Below the pieces are notes generated by a model that had not been told where the DNA came from, did not search any database, and saw nothing but the letters and a program-made list of their open reading frames with translations. Source: Vampirovibrionaceae bacterium NZW_1234 (GTDB taxonomy: Bacteria; Cyanobacteriota; Vampirovibrionia; Vampirovibrionales; JAGQHJ01). From it: a stretch of DNA of 64,000 nt. Below are positions 38,643-47,135 of this stretch, piece by piece. The stretch is taken from the NCBI GenBank assembly GCA_041697335.1, contig JBGUGD010000025.1:4967-68966 (forward strand). Reading direction: 5' to 3'. A program made the translations under genes and the position numbers. Positions within the stretch are counted from its first letter, which is position 1. Each line of letters opens with the position of its first letter.

Positions 38643-39668
38643 ATGTCGAAACCCAGAGTTGCCATCAACGGCTTCGGCCGGATTGGTAGAAACACACTGC
38701 GTGCCTTGTATGACAACCCCCACGTCGACGTGGATGTGGTTGCCATCAATGACTTGGTTGAACCCAAGCAACTGGCATTCCTGTTCAAGCACGATTCCGT
38801 TCACGGGCATTTCAAAGGCGATGTGTCCTACACCGAGTCGTCCTTGATCGTCAATGGCCACGAAATCCGGGTCACTCGGGAGAAAGATCCCGCCAGCCTG
38901 CCCTGGAAAGAACTCAAAGTGGATGTTGTCATCGAGTCCACCGGCTTCTTCACCGATGCCGAGAAAGCTCGCAAGCACATCGAAGCCGGCGCCAAGAAAG
39001 TCATCATCAGTGCGCCTGCCAAGAACGAAGACATCACCATGGCCATGGGCATCAACGAAAATCTCTACGATCCCGAAAAACACCACATCATCTCCAACGC
39101 CAGCTGCACGACCAACTGCTTGGCGCCGATGGCGAAAGTCATCCACGAGAAATTCGGGATCAAAGAAGGCTTCATGACCACGGTCCACAGCTACACCATG
39201 GACCAAAAGCTGTTGGATTCGCCTCACGAAGACTTCCGCCGCTCTCGCGCCGGGGCCATGAACATGGTTCCCACCTCGACCGGTGCCGCCAAGGCCATTG
39301 GCCTGGTGTTGCCTGAGTTGAAAGGCAAGCTCCACGGCTTTGCCATCCGGGTTCCTACCCCCGATGTCAGCATCGTGGACCTGACCGTCACCACCGACAA
39401 GCCGGTGACCCAGGATGCCGTGAACCAGGCTCTGAAAGAAGCGGCCGGTTCGTCGCTGAACAAAATCATGCGTTACTCCGAAGAGCCGCTGGTCAGCAGC
39501 GACTACATCGGCGATCCCCACAGCTGCTCGATTGACGCCGAGTTGACCATGGTGTTGGGCACCAACACCTTGAAAGTGGTTGGCTGGTACGACAACGAGT
39601 GGGGCTACAGCAACCGCCTGGCCGAAATGACCCAGATGGTTGCCAGCCGCTTGCCGGTTACCGCATAG
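38643..39668 (+). CDS. gap: Glyceraldehyde-3-phosphate dehydrogenase
   Basis: INGFGRIGR and SNASCTTNCLAP. ATG 38643 follows GGAGGA. Confidence 0.95.
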   Translation: MSKPRVAINGFGRIGRNTLRALYDNPHVDVDVVAINDLVEPKQLAFLFKHDSVHGHFKGDVSYTESSLIVNGHEIRVTREKDPASLPWKELKVDVVIESTGFFTDAEKARKHIEAGAKKVIISAPAKNEDITMAMGINENLYDPEKHHIISNASCTTNCLAPMAKVIHEKFGIKEGFMTTVHSYTMDQKLLDSPHEDFRRSRAGAMNMVPTSTGAAKAIGLVLPELKGKLHGFAIRVPTPDVSIVDLTVTTDKPVTQDAVNQALKEAAGSSLNKIMRYSEEPLVSSDYIGDPHSCSIDAELTMVLGTNTLKVVGWYDNEWGYSNRLAEMTQMVASRLPVTA

Positions 39669-39690
39669 TCGGGTAGCGTCTACGGATCTG

Positions 39691-39717
39691 AAAAGGGGGC
39701 TGTATTGGCCCCCTTTT
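39691..39717 (+). terminator. Hairpin between gap and tpiA (possible partial terminator)
   Basis: AAAAGGGGGC-TGTATTG-GCCCCCTTTT followed by CTC. Confidence 0.4.
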
Positions 39718-39789
39718 CTCAGACCAATTCAGGCTTTAAGCCCCCGAGAGAGACAGAATTTTCAACAATCAAGAAGGAGGATGTTCCCC

Positions 39790-40566
39790 ATGCACCCGAG
39801 TCGTAAGCCTGTGATGGCTGCCAATTGGAAGATGTTTAAAACCACGGCCGAGGCGGCCCAATTTATCGAGACCCTCCATGGGCTTCTCGATGGCGTTTCC
39901 AAAGACGATATGCCTACGGCTGTGATTTGCCCGCCCTACACGGCCTTATCCACCGTGTCCCAGTCGCTGGGTCAACTGAATTTGAGCAACACCGTCTTTT
40001 TGGGCGCTCAGAACATGGAATCCAAGGCCGATGGCGCCTTTACCGGTGAGATTTCCCCCCGCATGCTGCGAGACTTGAATGTGTCTTACGTCGTTCTGGG
40101 TCACAGCGAGCGTCGGGAATACTATAACGAAACCGACGCCGGGGTGAATGCCAAGGCCAAGGCGGCGTTGGAGAACAATCTGATTCCCATTGTCTGTGTG
40201 GGTGAATCCCTGGCCCAGCGTGAGGCCGGTCAAACCGACGCATGGGTCACCCGCCAGGTGGAAGCGGCCTTGGACGGGATCACCCCCGAGCAGCGCAAGA
40301 AATTGATTCTGGCCTATGAGCCCATTTGGGCCATTGGGACCGGGAAAGTCTGTGATGCAGCGGAAGCCAACCGGGTCATTGGCCTCATTCGCCAGACTGT
40401 TGGGGTGGCCGAAACCCGTATTTTATACGGCGGCAGCATGAAGCCCGATAACGTGGAAGGCCTGATGGCCCAGCCCGAGATTGACGGCGGCTTGGTGGGT
40501 GGCGCCAGCCTGGAGCCCGCCAGCTATGTGCAACTGATTAAGGCGGCCATGCCCCTGAACGTGTAA
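39790..40566 (+). CDS. tpiA: Triosephosphate isomerase
   Basis: AANWKM, LGHSERR and AYEPIWAIGTG. ATG 39790 lies 9 nt after GGAGG. The track ORF start at 39640 overlaps gap and is rejected. Confidence 0.93.
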   Translation: MHPSRKPVMAANWKMFKTTAEAAQFIETLHGLLDGVSKDDMPTAVICPPYTALSTVSQSLGQLNLSNTVFLGAQNMESKADGAFTGEISPRMLRDLNVSYVVLGHSERREYYNETDAGVNAKAKAALENNLIPIVCVGESLAQREAGQTDAWVTRQVEAALDGITPEQRKKLILAYEPIWAIGTGKVCDAAEANRVIGLIRQTVGVAETRILYGGSMKPDNVEGLMAQPEIDGGLVGGASLEPASYVQLIKAAMPLNV

Positions 40567-40656
40567 ATCTTCTTCCGGGCAGGCAGAGCAAGAAACGCTT
40601 GCCTGCCTGGGCAAGTCATAGTTGAAGCAATAATTCAGAACGAGAGAGAAATCACG

Positions 40657-41127
40657 ATGATGACGACGGATTTTCCGGCCACCATTGAAGTGGCCATTCA
40701 GCGTTTGCCCCATGCCCCTGAAGACGTGCCGACCTACCAAACCGAAGGTGCGGTGGGGATGGATTTACAGGCGGCCATCGACACGCCCCTGACGTTGAAT
40801 CCCCTGGAACGGGCCCTGGTTCCCACCGGCTGGGTCATTGCCCTGCCCGAAGGGTATGAGGCCCAGGTTCGGGCCCGAAGTGGTCTGTCGATTAAACATG
40901 GCATTTCGTTGATCAATGCCGTGGGGACCATTGATTGGGACTATCGCCATGAGGTCAAAGTGGGTCTGGTGAATTTGTCGAACGATCCCTATACCATTCA
41001 GCCCGGCGATCGGATTGCCCAGCTCGTGGTGGCCCCGGTGACCCGGGCCCGGTGGCGGGAAGTGCCGGAAGTTTCCCTGGCGGTCGCTTCATCTCGGGCC
41101 GGAGGCTTTGGATCGACGGGCCGATGA
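40657..41127 (+). CDS. dut: dUTP diphosphatase
   Basis: GAVGMDL, RSGLSIKHGI and GTIDWDYRHE motifs. Confidence 0.9.
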   Translation: MMTTDFPATIEVAIQRLPHAPEDVPTYQTEGAVGMDLQAAIDTPLTLNPLERALVPTGWVIALPEGYEAQVRARSGLSIKHGISLINAVGTIDWDYRHEVKVGLVNLSNDPYTIQPGDRIAQLVVAPVTRARWREVPEVSLAVASSRAGGFGSTGR

Positions 41128-41564
41128 AGTCCTTGTTGCAGCGGGTCAAAGAGGCCTCGGTTACGGTTGATGGCCAAATCGTGGGCCGGATCGGGCCGGG
41201 CATTCTGGTGCTGCTGGGCCTTGAAAAAGAAGATACGGAGGCCGACATTGAGTTTCACATTAAAAAACTCTTGAGCCTTCGGATCTTCCCAGATGAGGCC
41301 GACAAGATGAATCTGTCGGTGACGGACATTCAGGGTGAGCTGTTGATTGTGTCGCAGTTTACGCTGGCCGCATCCTGTAAAAAAGGCACGCGCCCAAGTT
41401 TTGATTCCGCCATGCCGCCGGACAAGGCGATTCGGTTTTATGAGCTTTATCTGGCCCGTTTGCGGGACGCCACGCCGCTCAAGGTTGAAACCGGGCAGTT
41501 TGGCGCGATGATGATGGTGTCTCTCGTCAACGACGGTCCCGTGACCTTTATGATTGAGCGCTAA
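41124..41564 (+). CDS. dtd: D-aminoacyl-tRNA deacylase
   Basis: MKSLLQRV.., SQFTL and GQFGAMMMVSLVNDGPVTF. ATGA overlap with the dut stop. Confidence 0.9.
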   Translation: MKSLLQRVKEASVTVDGQIVGRIGPGILVLLGLEKEDTEADIEFHIKKLLSLRIFPDEADKMNLSVTDIQGELLIVSQFTLAASCKKGTRPSFDSAMPPDKAIRFYELYLARLRDATPLKVETGQFGAMMMVSLVNDGPVTFMIER

Positions 41565-41587
41565 AAAACCGCAGGCATTGATGTATG

Positions 41588-41621
41588 AACCCCGCACCCG
41601 ATTCGGATCGGGCGCGGGGTT
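41588..41621. terminator. GC-rich hairpin between convergent dtd and the EF-hand gene
   Basis: AACCCCGCACCCGAT-TCGG-ATCGGGCGCGGGGTT with one mismatch. No strong T-run. Confidence 0.45.
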
Positions 41622-41660
41622 CTGACTTATCCATTCCAGTAAATGGATGAATGGTGCGGT

Positions 41661-42197
41661 TTATTTCTTGCCTTCCAGGAAGGTTTTGTAGCGGGCTTTC
41701 AGAGGGCTCTCTGAAATGGCGCTGTCAAAGAACTGTCCGGCATCGGCAGGGTTTTTGAAGAACTTGTCAATGGCGGTTTTCATCTCGTCGTGGGTGATAT
41801 CGCCATCGCCGTATTCGCCCTTGGCCTGATCCATGTACATGAACAGGGCCCCGAGTTCCACGGTATCAATGGTGTTATCACCATTGCGATCGAGAATATC
41901 AAACATCAGGTCCGATTTCAGTTTTTCATCGACACCAAAGATGTTGGTTAATCCGGCAAATTCCGATTTGTTCAACCCGGTTTTCCCGTCTTTGTCGAAG
42001 CTTTCGCGGGCGGCATCGGCGAACTTCACCATGTCCATGGTCAGGACCTGGCCGTTGTCGTTGCGATTGGCCATCTGTAACACAGGTTTGTCCTTGTTCA
42101 GATCGTCCAGCTTGCCGGTGTATTTCTTAGCAAACGCCTGCCAGGATTCCGCCGGTTTAATATTGCTGCGTGCGCTGAGTGATGTTGTATCAGGCAT
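41661..42197 (-). CDS. EF-hand calcium-binding protein, paralog 1
   Basis: LDRNGDNTIDTVELGALF is a canonical DxNxDxxIxxxE loop. FDKDGKTGLNKSEF is a second loop. It is a paralog of 43792..44364. ATG at 42197. Confidence 0.65.
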   Translation of the reverse strand: MPDTTSLSARSNIKPAESWQAFAKKYTGKLDDLNKDKPVLQMANRNDNGQVLTMDMVKFADAARESFDKDGKTGLNKSEFAGLTNIFGVDEKLKSDLMFDILDRNGDNTIDTVELGALFMYMDQAKGEYGDGDITHDEMKTAIDKFFKNPADAGQFFDSAISESPLKARYKTFLEGKK

Positions 42198-42470
42198 AAA
42201 ATTTACCCCCAAAAATTATTCTGTCCACGAAAATAACCACCTTCATTGGTGTCCGATTGTCTATTTGTCCATCTGTCCAATAAATAAGTAGTAACTGTAT
42301 AAAAACAAGAGTATTTTTCTTTTGAATGAATCGTAAAGTTTTAAGTCGAAGTTAAAAATAAAACGCTCTCAAACGCAGGAAAATTTTCTTTTAATAATAT
42401 GGAATAGCGATTGATTTACGCTCACGTTCATAAATAGTGGAGAATAAAGCCTTGCTTTTGGCCAAAACTG

Positions 42471-42926
42471 CTATTTCAGGCCTTCATATAAGGATGGATA
42501 GTTCTGGCGAAGCCAGACCAATACGTCCAGCCGAAATTGTTTCACCTCTTGAAGCAGTTCCTCGACGTCACTTTCTTCGGTGACATTCACACGGTCGTAA
42601 TCCGTCTGGTTACGGGTTTGGCGGCATAGATTCAGGTATTTCATGCGGGGCTTGGCCGCTGGACCCATCGTATATTGAAGCGAGGTAAGTGTATGGTAAT
42701 GATGGCCAGTTTTTGCTGTGATGCGATAGCCTGAAGCTAACGCGGCAATGGTGGCCAACTGCAAGGCTGCGTTATAGGCCGTCGCAAAACGACGATCCGG
42801 TGAAACGGCTTTTACCATCGCATCGGCAATGTCTCGATCAATCACCCTCAACAGACTTTGGATCTCTGCGGCAGTGGTCTGATGTCGCGTTGCTTTATCC
42901 GCATTCAGCCAGTCTTCTAAACTCAT
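42471..42926 (-). CDS. HEPN-domain protein (putative toxin partner of the MNT)
   Basis: All-helical with AYNAALQLATIAALASGYR..GHHYHTL and RNQTDY (the RNxxxY HEPN-type motif). It overlaps the upstream MNT gene by 32 nt. Confidence 0.6.
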   Translation of the reverse strand: MSLEDWLNADKATRHQTTAAEIQSLLRVIDRDIADAMVKAVSPDRRFATAYNAALQLATIAALASGYRITAKTGHHYHTLTSLQYTMGPAAKPRMKYLNLCRQTRNQTDYDRVNVTEESDVEELLQEVKQFRLDVLVWLRQNYPSLYEGLK

Positions 42927-43494
42927 CGTCGTTTCCTATCAGCCAGATTTTGGGGCTTGCAAGCAGTTCTTGGGCAAAACGATTGTTTGTCTTGATTCGC
43001 TCAACAAAGCTGGCCTGGGTATAATTCACCGGATTGACTTCTCGTCCCAGCTTTTCGTCTATATCTCCCATCGCATTAGCGATGTCCTTTAAACTGATGT
43101 CGCCGAGCAGGAAGAGATCGATGTCACTGTCTGCCCGGTCTTCCCCACTGGCAATGGAACCAAAAACAAAGGCAAAGTGGATTTTATCCATTAAAGGTTT
43201 CAACCCCTCTTTTAACACGTCTCCCAAGGCCACCGTTTTGAGAAATGCCCGCTTTAAATCATCAAATGCCGGATGGCTCCGTTGTGCTTTATAGTAGAGC
43301 CGGTTTCCGCTTTTTTTCTTGGTAACGAGTCCCGATTCCTCAATGCGTTCCAGGGCATATTGCACTTGTGCCAAGGAGTAGCCGGTTTTTTCGGCTAATG
43401 AACGCTGATAATATTCTTGATCCGGCTGCGTTAGGAAGAGGATCAGAATATCCACCACCACCGGGCTTGGAAAAAGGGCGGCAAAAGAGGACAT
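42895..43494 (-). CDS. Winged-helix HTH fused to a minimal nucleotidyltransferase (MNT)
   Basis: LAEKTGYSLAQVQYALERIEESGLV is the wHTH. FVFGSIASGEDRADSDIDLFLLGD is the GSx9-10DxD NTase motif. Confidence 0.8.
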   Translation of the reverse strand: MSSFAALFPSPVVVDILILFLTQPDQEYYQRSLAEKTGYSLAQVQYALERIEESGLVTKKKSGNRLYYKAQRSHPAFDDLKRAFLKTVALGDVLKEGLKPLMDKIHFAFVFGSIASGEDRADSDIDLFLLGDISLKDIANAMGDIDEKLGREVNPVNYTQASFVERIKTNNRFAQELLASPKIWLIGNDDEFRRLAECG

Positions 43495-43496
43495 AA

Positions 43497-43544
43497 ATAA
43501 TGACCTTGAATTACTGTCAATCGACCTTACTTTAAGGTCATTAT
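43497..43544. promoter_or_regulatory. Inverted repeat (putative operator) abutting the MNT start codon
   Basis: ATAATGACCTT (43497-43507) and AAGGTCATTAT (43534-43544), with a third GACCTT half-site at 43523-43528. Confidence 0.45.
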
Positions 43545-43791
43545 CGGGGGTTATGGAAAATAAGGCAAGATTGAAGTGAATGGGTTTTCAAAATTCCTGT
43601 GTCATCGTCTTTGGAAAAGCCCAGAATATCGCCCATCGCTTCAGTAAATTTATAACGTTTACGGATGGAAAGGTACACTTGACTTCTGGATTCAGACCCA
43701 ACGTTTTTTGAGTAGGCATATTCTGTGCATACGAGAAAGGCTCTTGAGGTATGACCGTCAAGAGCCTTTTTTATGTGGAATAGCGGGTAAA

Positions 43792-44364
43792 TTATCGTTC
43801 GGATTGCGGACGTTCGCGGTTGAGTTCCCGCAAGCGTTCACGAATGGGACTTTGTTGTAATGCGGCGTCTAAAAATTCTCCAGCCGATTGGGGATTGGTT
43901 AAAATCCGCAATGCGGCCAAGACTTTTTTCTTCATGGTTAACGTGCCGTTATTAGGGCAATCCTCCGGTGTGAGGCCTTGCCCAACGGGTTGCTGTTGAT
44001 CCTGCAGCATGTGAAAGGCGGCAATTTCATCGGCTTCCAGCTGGTTATTATTGTTTCTGTCCAGGACCCGAAACATCTGTGCTGCTTGATCGCCGGTGAA
44101 GCCGTTGATCATGGCAAACCATCGCAGGTTGCGATCGTTGGGCGCTAAAAAGGTGTTATTGCCGGTGCGGAACGTGTTGATTTCCGCTTGGGCAAAGCGG
44201 GCAATGTCCATAGTGACCACCCGGCCGTCGGCCGTGAGGTTTGCAAACTGAAGCGGATCGTTCACCGATCGTCCACGGGTGTCGTTGTAATTCTGATACC
44301 ACCGTTGCCAGTTCTGTGCCGGATTAATCGGCGCCTGAGGCGCGTTCGCTCGAACAGGATCCAT
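43792..44364 (-). CDS. EF-hand calcium-binding protein, paralog 2
   Basis: LDRNNNNQLEADEIAAF loop. It shares VVTMDIARFAQAE, NPQSAGEFLDAALQQSPI and similar blocks with paralog 1. GGAGGGG RBS. Confidence 0.65.
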   Translation of the reverse strand: MDPVRANAPQAPINPAQNWQRWYQNYNDTRGRSVNDPLQFANLTADGRVVTMDIARFAQAEINTFRTGNNTFLAPNDRNLRWFAMINGFTGDQAAQMFRVLDRNNNNQLEADEIAAFHMLQDQQQPVGQGLTPEDCPNNGTLTMKKKVLAALRILTNPQSAGEFLDAALQQSPIRERLRELNRERPQSER

Positions 44365-44549
44365 AATGCCCCTCCATCAAATGTCCAACCAATGTTCGCT
44401 TTACCGAAATGAAATACAGTATTTATATAAAAACACCATGATTCATTTTGATGCGCGTTTTTTTATCCGTTGAAATGATCAGGGCGGAAACCTCTATTGG
44501 GGGTGGAAATGTGGGATGACAAACCGATTTCAGGGTGAGATGACGCTCG

Positions 44550-45227
44550 TTAGGCACGCAATTTTTTTAACGTTCGGGCGAGTGCTTGCTGAAATGGAGA
44601 ACTGTCGGCTTGGCTGGGGTCAAAGTTGGACGGCGGCACGTCATTATCGTCGGAGTAGGTAATCAACAGATTGTCGCTTTTGGCTTTGCCTGTGATTTTG
44701 TTACGACGCTCCGCCCAGAAGGTGTCGTCAAACTCGTCATAATCATGGTAGACCGAGGTCCCTTTGTTCGGATCCGTCACCAGGATCTCTTGATTGCCGT
44801 TTTCATCCACGCGGTAGCCATTAATCACAATCCAGTGACCTGCTCCTGACGGCATTGTACCCAGGGCCGCCATCACGTTGCCGTTATCAATTTCCTGCTG
44901 AATAGTCGAAAAATCGGATTCGTTCAACGCCGAGGTGTACAGGCCATAATCTTGGCCCGCTTGGGTCATATTCTTGGTGGGTGTGCCCAGGTTGGGACTT
45001 GGCCGATAGGTGGCGTCTAACTGCTGGGGGGTCACATTCATGCCGAAAGCATTGAAGATCATCGTCATGCTCGTGGTCCCGCAAGCCATTTTTTCTTGTC
45101 TCAGAGGCGTGACGGGGATGGTGCCTTCTGCAACACTATTTCCCGAGGGGGTGTTGCCTTGGGAGGCTTTGGCGTTTTGAATGGCATTTTGAATCTGATT
45201 GAACAACACACGGCGAAGTTGGGTCAT
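44550..45227 (-). CDS. Papain-fold cysteine peptidase, C39-like
   Basis: MACGTTSMTMIFNAFG matches the Cys motif (CGxxSxxMxxxxxG). GHWIVINGY..LVTDPN supplies His and Asp. ATG 45227 follows AGGAGAG. Confidence 0.6.
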   Translation of the reverse strand: MTQLRRVLFNQIQNAIQNAKASQGNTPSGNSVAEGTIPVTPLRQEKMACGTTSMTMIFNAFGMNVTPQQLDATYRPSPNLGTPTKNMTQAGQDYGLYTSALNESDFSTIQQEIDNGNVMAALGTMPSGAGHWIVINGYRVDENGNQEILVTDPNKGTSVYHDYDEFDDTFWAERRNKITGKAKSDNLLITYSDDNDVPPSNFDPSQADSSPFQQALARTLKKLRA

Positions 45228-45554
45228 GAGACACTCTCCTAACAACACAAAGGGTGAATGAACCTGGGTACGATTGAATTCGGATGGCGATCGTATTAAT
45301 AAAATATTTATAATTATATAAAAACAACTTATGCGGATCTGTTGCTAGGTTTTGTGTAAATCAGATGAAACAATTTTTTGAAAATGTCGGCTTGCTGACA
45401 ATGTGTCGTGATGAATTCGCTAAAATAAAAAATACAACGTTAGATTAAATAAACAATCTGTGACTGGGCGGGGGATCCCGCAATTTCATGGTGATTACTA
45501 GGTGGTTGAGCAACGGCGGTAGCTTACCGCGAATGATGAATGGAGGCTGGCGAT

Positions 45555-45998
45555 ATGGCACGTATAAAGAACAGTTTGCAAACACCGATTTATGGCATTA
45601 TTAGCCGCAAGGACTTACCCAATGCGCCAAGTGGTACTTATGGGTATGAGATTATCAAAGTGAATCCGGGAGAGACGTCTCCCAAGGGCCTTGATGTGGA
45701 TTGGGTAACCAACAAAGCACCCAAGAATGACAATGGCACGTTGAGATACGATAAAAGTACAGAAGGCTTTAAAATCCGAGACACTTGGGGTGTTGATACA
45801 GGCCAAGAGTACGATTTGAAGAGTATACCCGGAGGCTTGTCTCTGTCCGGCCCCGCCGGCGGAGGGTCCGTAGGCGATACCGTCGGCAGTATGAATTTCG
45901 ATAATGATATTGACGACGATAACGGGTTTGATGTCCGGACCTATCAATCCTGGTCCGAGAAGGCCTATGACGCATTCTGGGATTACTTCAATAAATAA
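45555..45998 (+). CDS. Small hypothetical protein, tandem paralog 1
   Basis: The conserved TGGAGGCTGGCGATATGGCACG start context is shared with paralog 2. The two share MARI(K/Q)N..TPIYG.ISRKDLPNAP...DVDWVTN.APKN.NGTL.YDK..GGFKIRDTWGVDTGQ. Confidence 0.6.
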   Translation: MARIKNSLQTPIYGIISRKDLPNAPSGTYGYEIIKVNPGETSPKGLDVDWVTNKAPKNDNGTLRYDKSTEGFKIRDTWGVDTGQEYDLKSIPGGLSLSGPAGGGSVGDTVGSMNFDNDIDDDNGFDVRTYQSWSEKAYDAFWDYFNK

Positions 45999-46049
45999 TC
46001 CGGACGGGTTTTAGCGGCTGGTTGCTAAATGGTGCATCAATAACCCTTG

Positions 46050-46139
46050 TCACCACTGTTTCGGCAATACTGTCCATGCGTATGTCAGAACTTAAGAAAG
46101 ACTGGGCGATGGTTATTACAGATAGGCCAACAGTGGTGA
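46050..46139 (+). other. Long-range inverted repeat downstream of paralog 1
   Basis: TCACCACTGTT (46050-46060) and AACAGTGGTGA (46129-46139). Confidence 0.5.
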
Positions 46140-46512
46140 TTCGGGTGATGCAGCTCGTTGGCTGGCGCCTGACTGGGGTGTGGAACTTTTCCGATGGCTG
46201 TTTTGAAGAGCGCGAGAACCCGGCTTCATACGCCAGTGAGCATTTTTCTGAATGAGGCCCGTCTCGGTTAATAAGGCGCTGTGCGGGAATACGTTTATAA
46301 CGCTACCGGCAAATGAATCGTCGCTCTGAATAAAGCGGGCCGTTTTGTTCAGGGGATGACATTCGGGAATTTTAGAGCAAAAGTATATTATTAGAATATT
46401 CTTAAGGGTGTCAAAAAATGATGTTTATATAACGTTATTATGGTATAGGCTATTTTAAATGGTGAGGAAGTCCGTGGGCCATGGCCCACGAGAAACAGTG
46501 GAGGCTGGCGAT

Positions 46513-46938
46513 ATGGCACGAATTCAAAACAATATGCAAACACCGATTTATGGTGCAATCAGTCGGAAGGATTTACCCAATGCACCCAGAGGAACTGGCG
46601 GGTATGAAATTATTAAAATCGATCCGGGTGAGAAATCCCCGGAAGGGTTGGATGTGGATTGGGTGACCAATGAGGCTCCCAAAAATGAGAATGGAACCCT
46701 GAAGTACGACAAGGAAACCGGAGGGTTTAAAATCAGAGATACGTGGGGGGTTGATACCGGGCAAGTCTATGAATTCAACAAAGTCGAGGGAGGGATAGGA
46801 ATTAGCGGCCCGAGCGGGGGTGGCTCCTGGGAAAAAGTGAAGGATATGAACAGCAATTTTGATATGGATGATGATAACGGCTTCGATGTCCGCACGTACC
46901 CCGGGCTGGTCGATAAAATTAAAAACTTTTTTAATTAA
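46513..46938 (+). CDS. Small hypothetical protein, tandem paralog 2
   Basis: Same RBS and start context as paralog 1, and clearly related to it over its whole length. Confidence 0.6.
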   Translation: MARIQNNMQTPIYGAISRKDLPNAPRGTGGYEIIKIDPGEKSPEGLDVDWVTNEAPKNENGTLKYDKETGGFKIRDTWGVDTGQVYEFNKVEGGIGISGPSGGGSWEKVKDMNSNFDMDDDNGFDVRTYPGLVDKIKNFFN

Positions 46939-46984
46939 GTATCCCAGAGTCCTCTAACTCCTAATTCGAGAATAAGCTTTAAAT

Positions 46985-47060
46985 AACCTGGTTACCACTG
47001 TCCTTGGCAGTCTGCTAATTTTTATTGCAGCGGATGCCAACAGTGGTGACCAGGTTTTTA
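46985..47060 (+). terminator. Extended hairpin (terminator-like) downstream of paralog 2
   Basis: AACCTGGTTACCACTGT (46985-47001) pairs with ACAGTGGTGACCAGGTT (47040-47056). Inner TTGGCA/TGCCAA and CTGC/GCAG pairs extend it, and TTTTA follows. Confidence 0.5.
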
Positions 47061-47135
47061 GATGTTGGATGGATCTATGAGGTTGTTATGAAATTTTACA
47101 GAAATGAAGGGTGTATGGAGGAAGAGCCCTAAAAA

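Noticed and set aside
37843-39521. Two long minus-strand ORFs (37843..38640, 38607..39521)
   Set aside because: They are antisense shadows of the aldolase and gap genes and have no motifs of their own.
46022-46255. 77-aa ORF between the two small paralogs
   Set aside because: It has no RBS. It spans the long-range inverted repeat, and there is no counterpart after paralog 2 even though the locus is duplicated.
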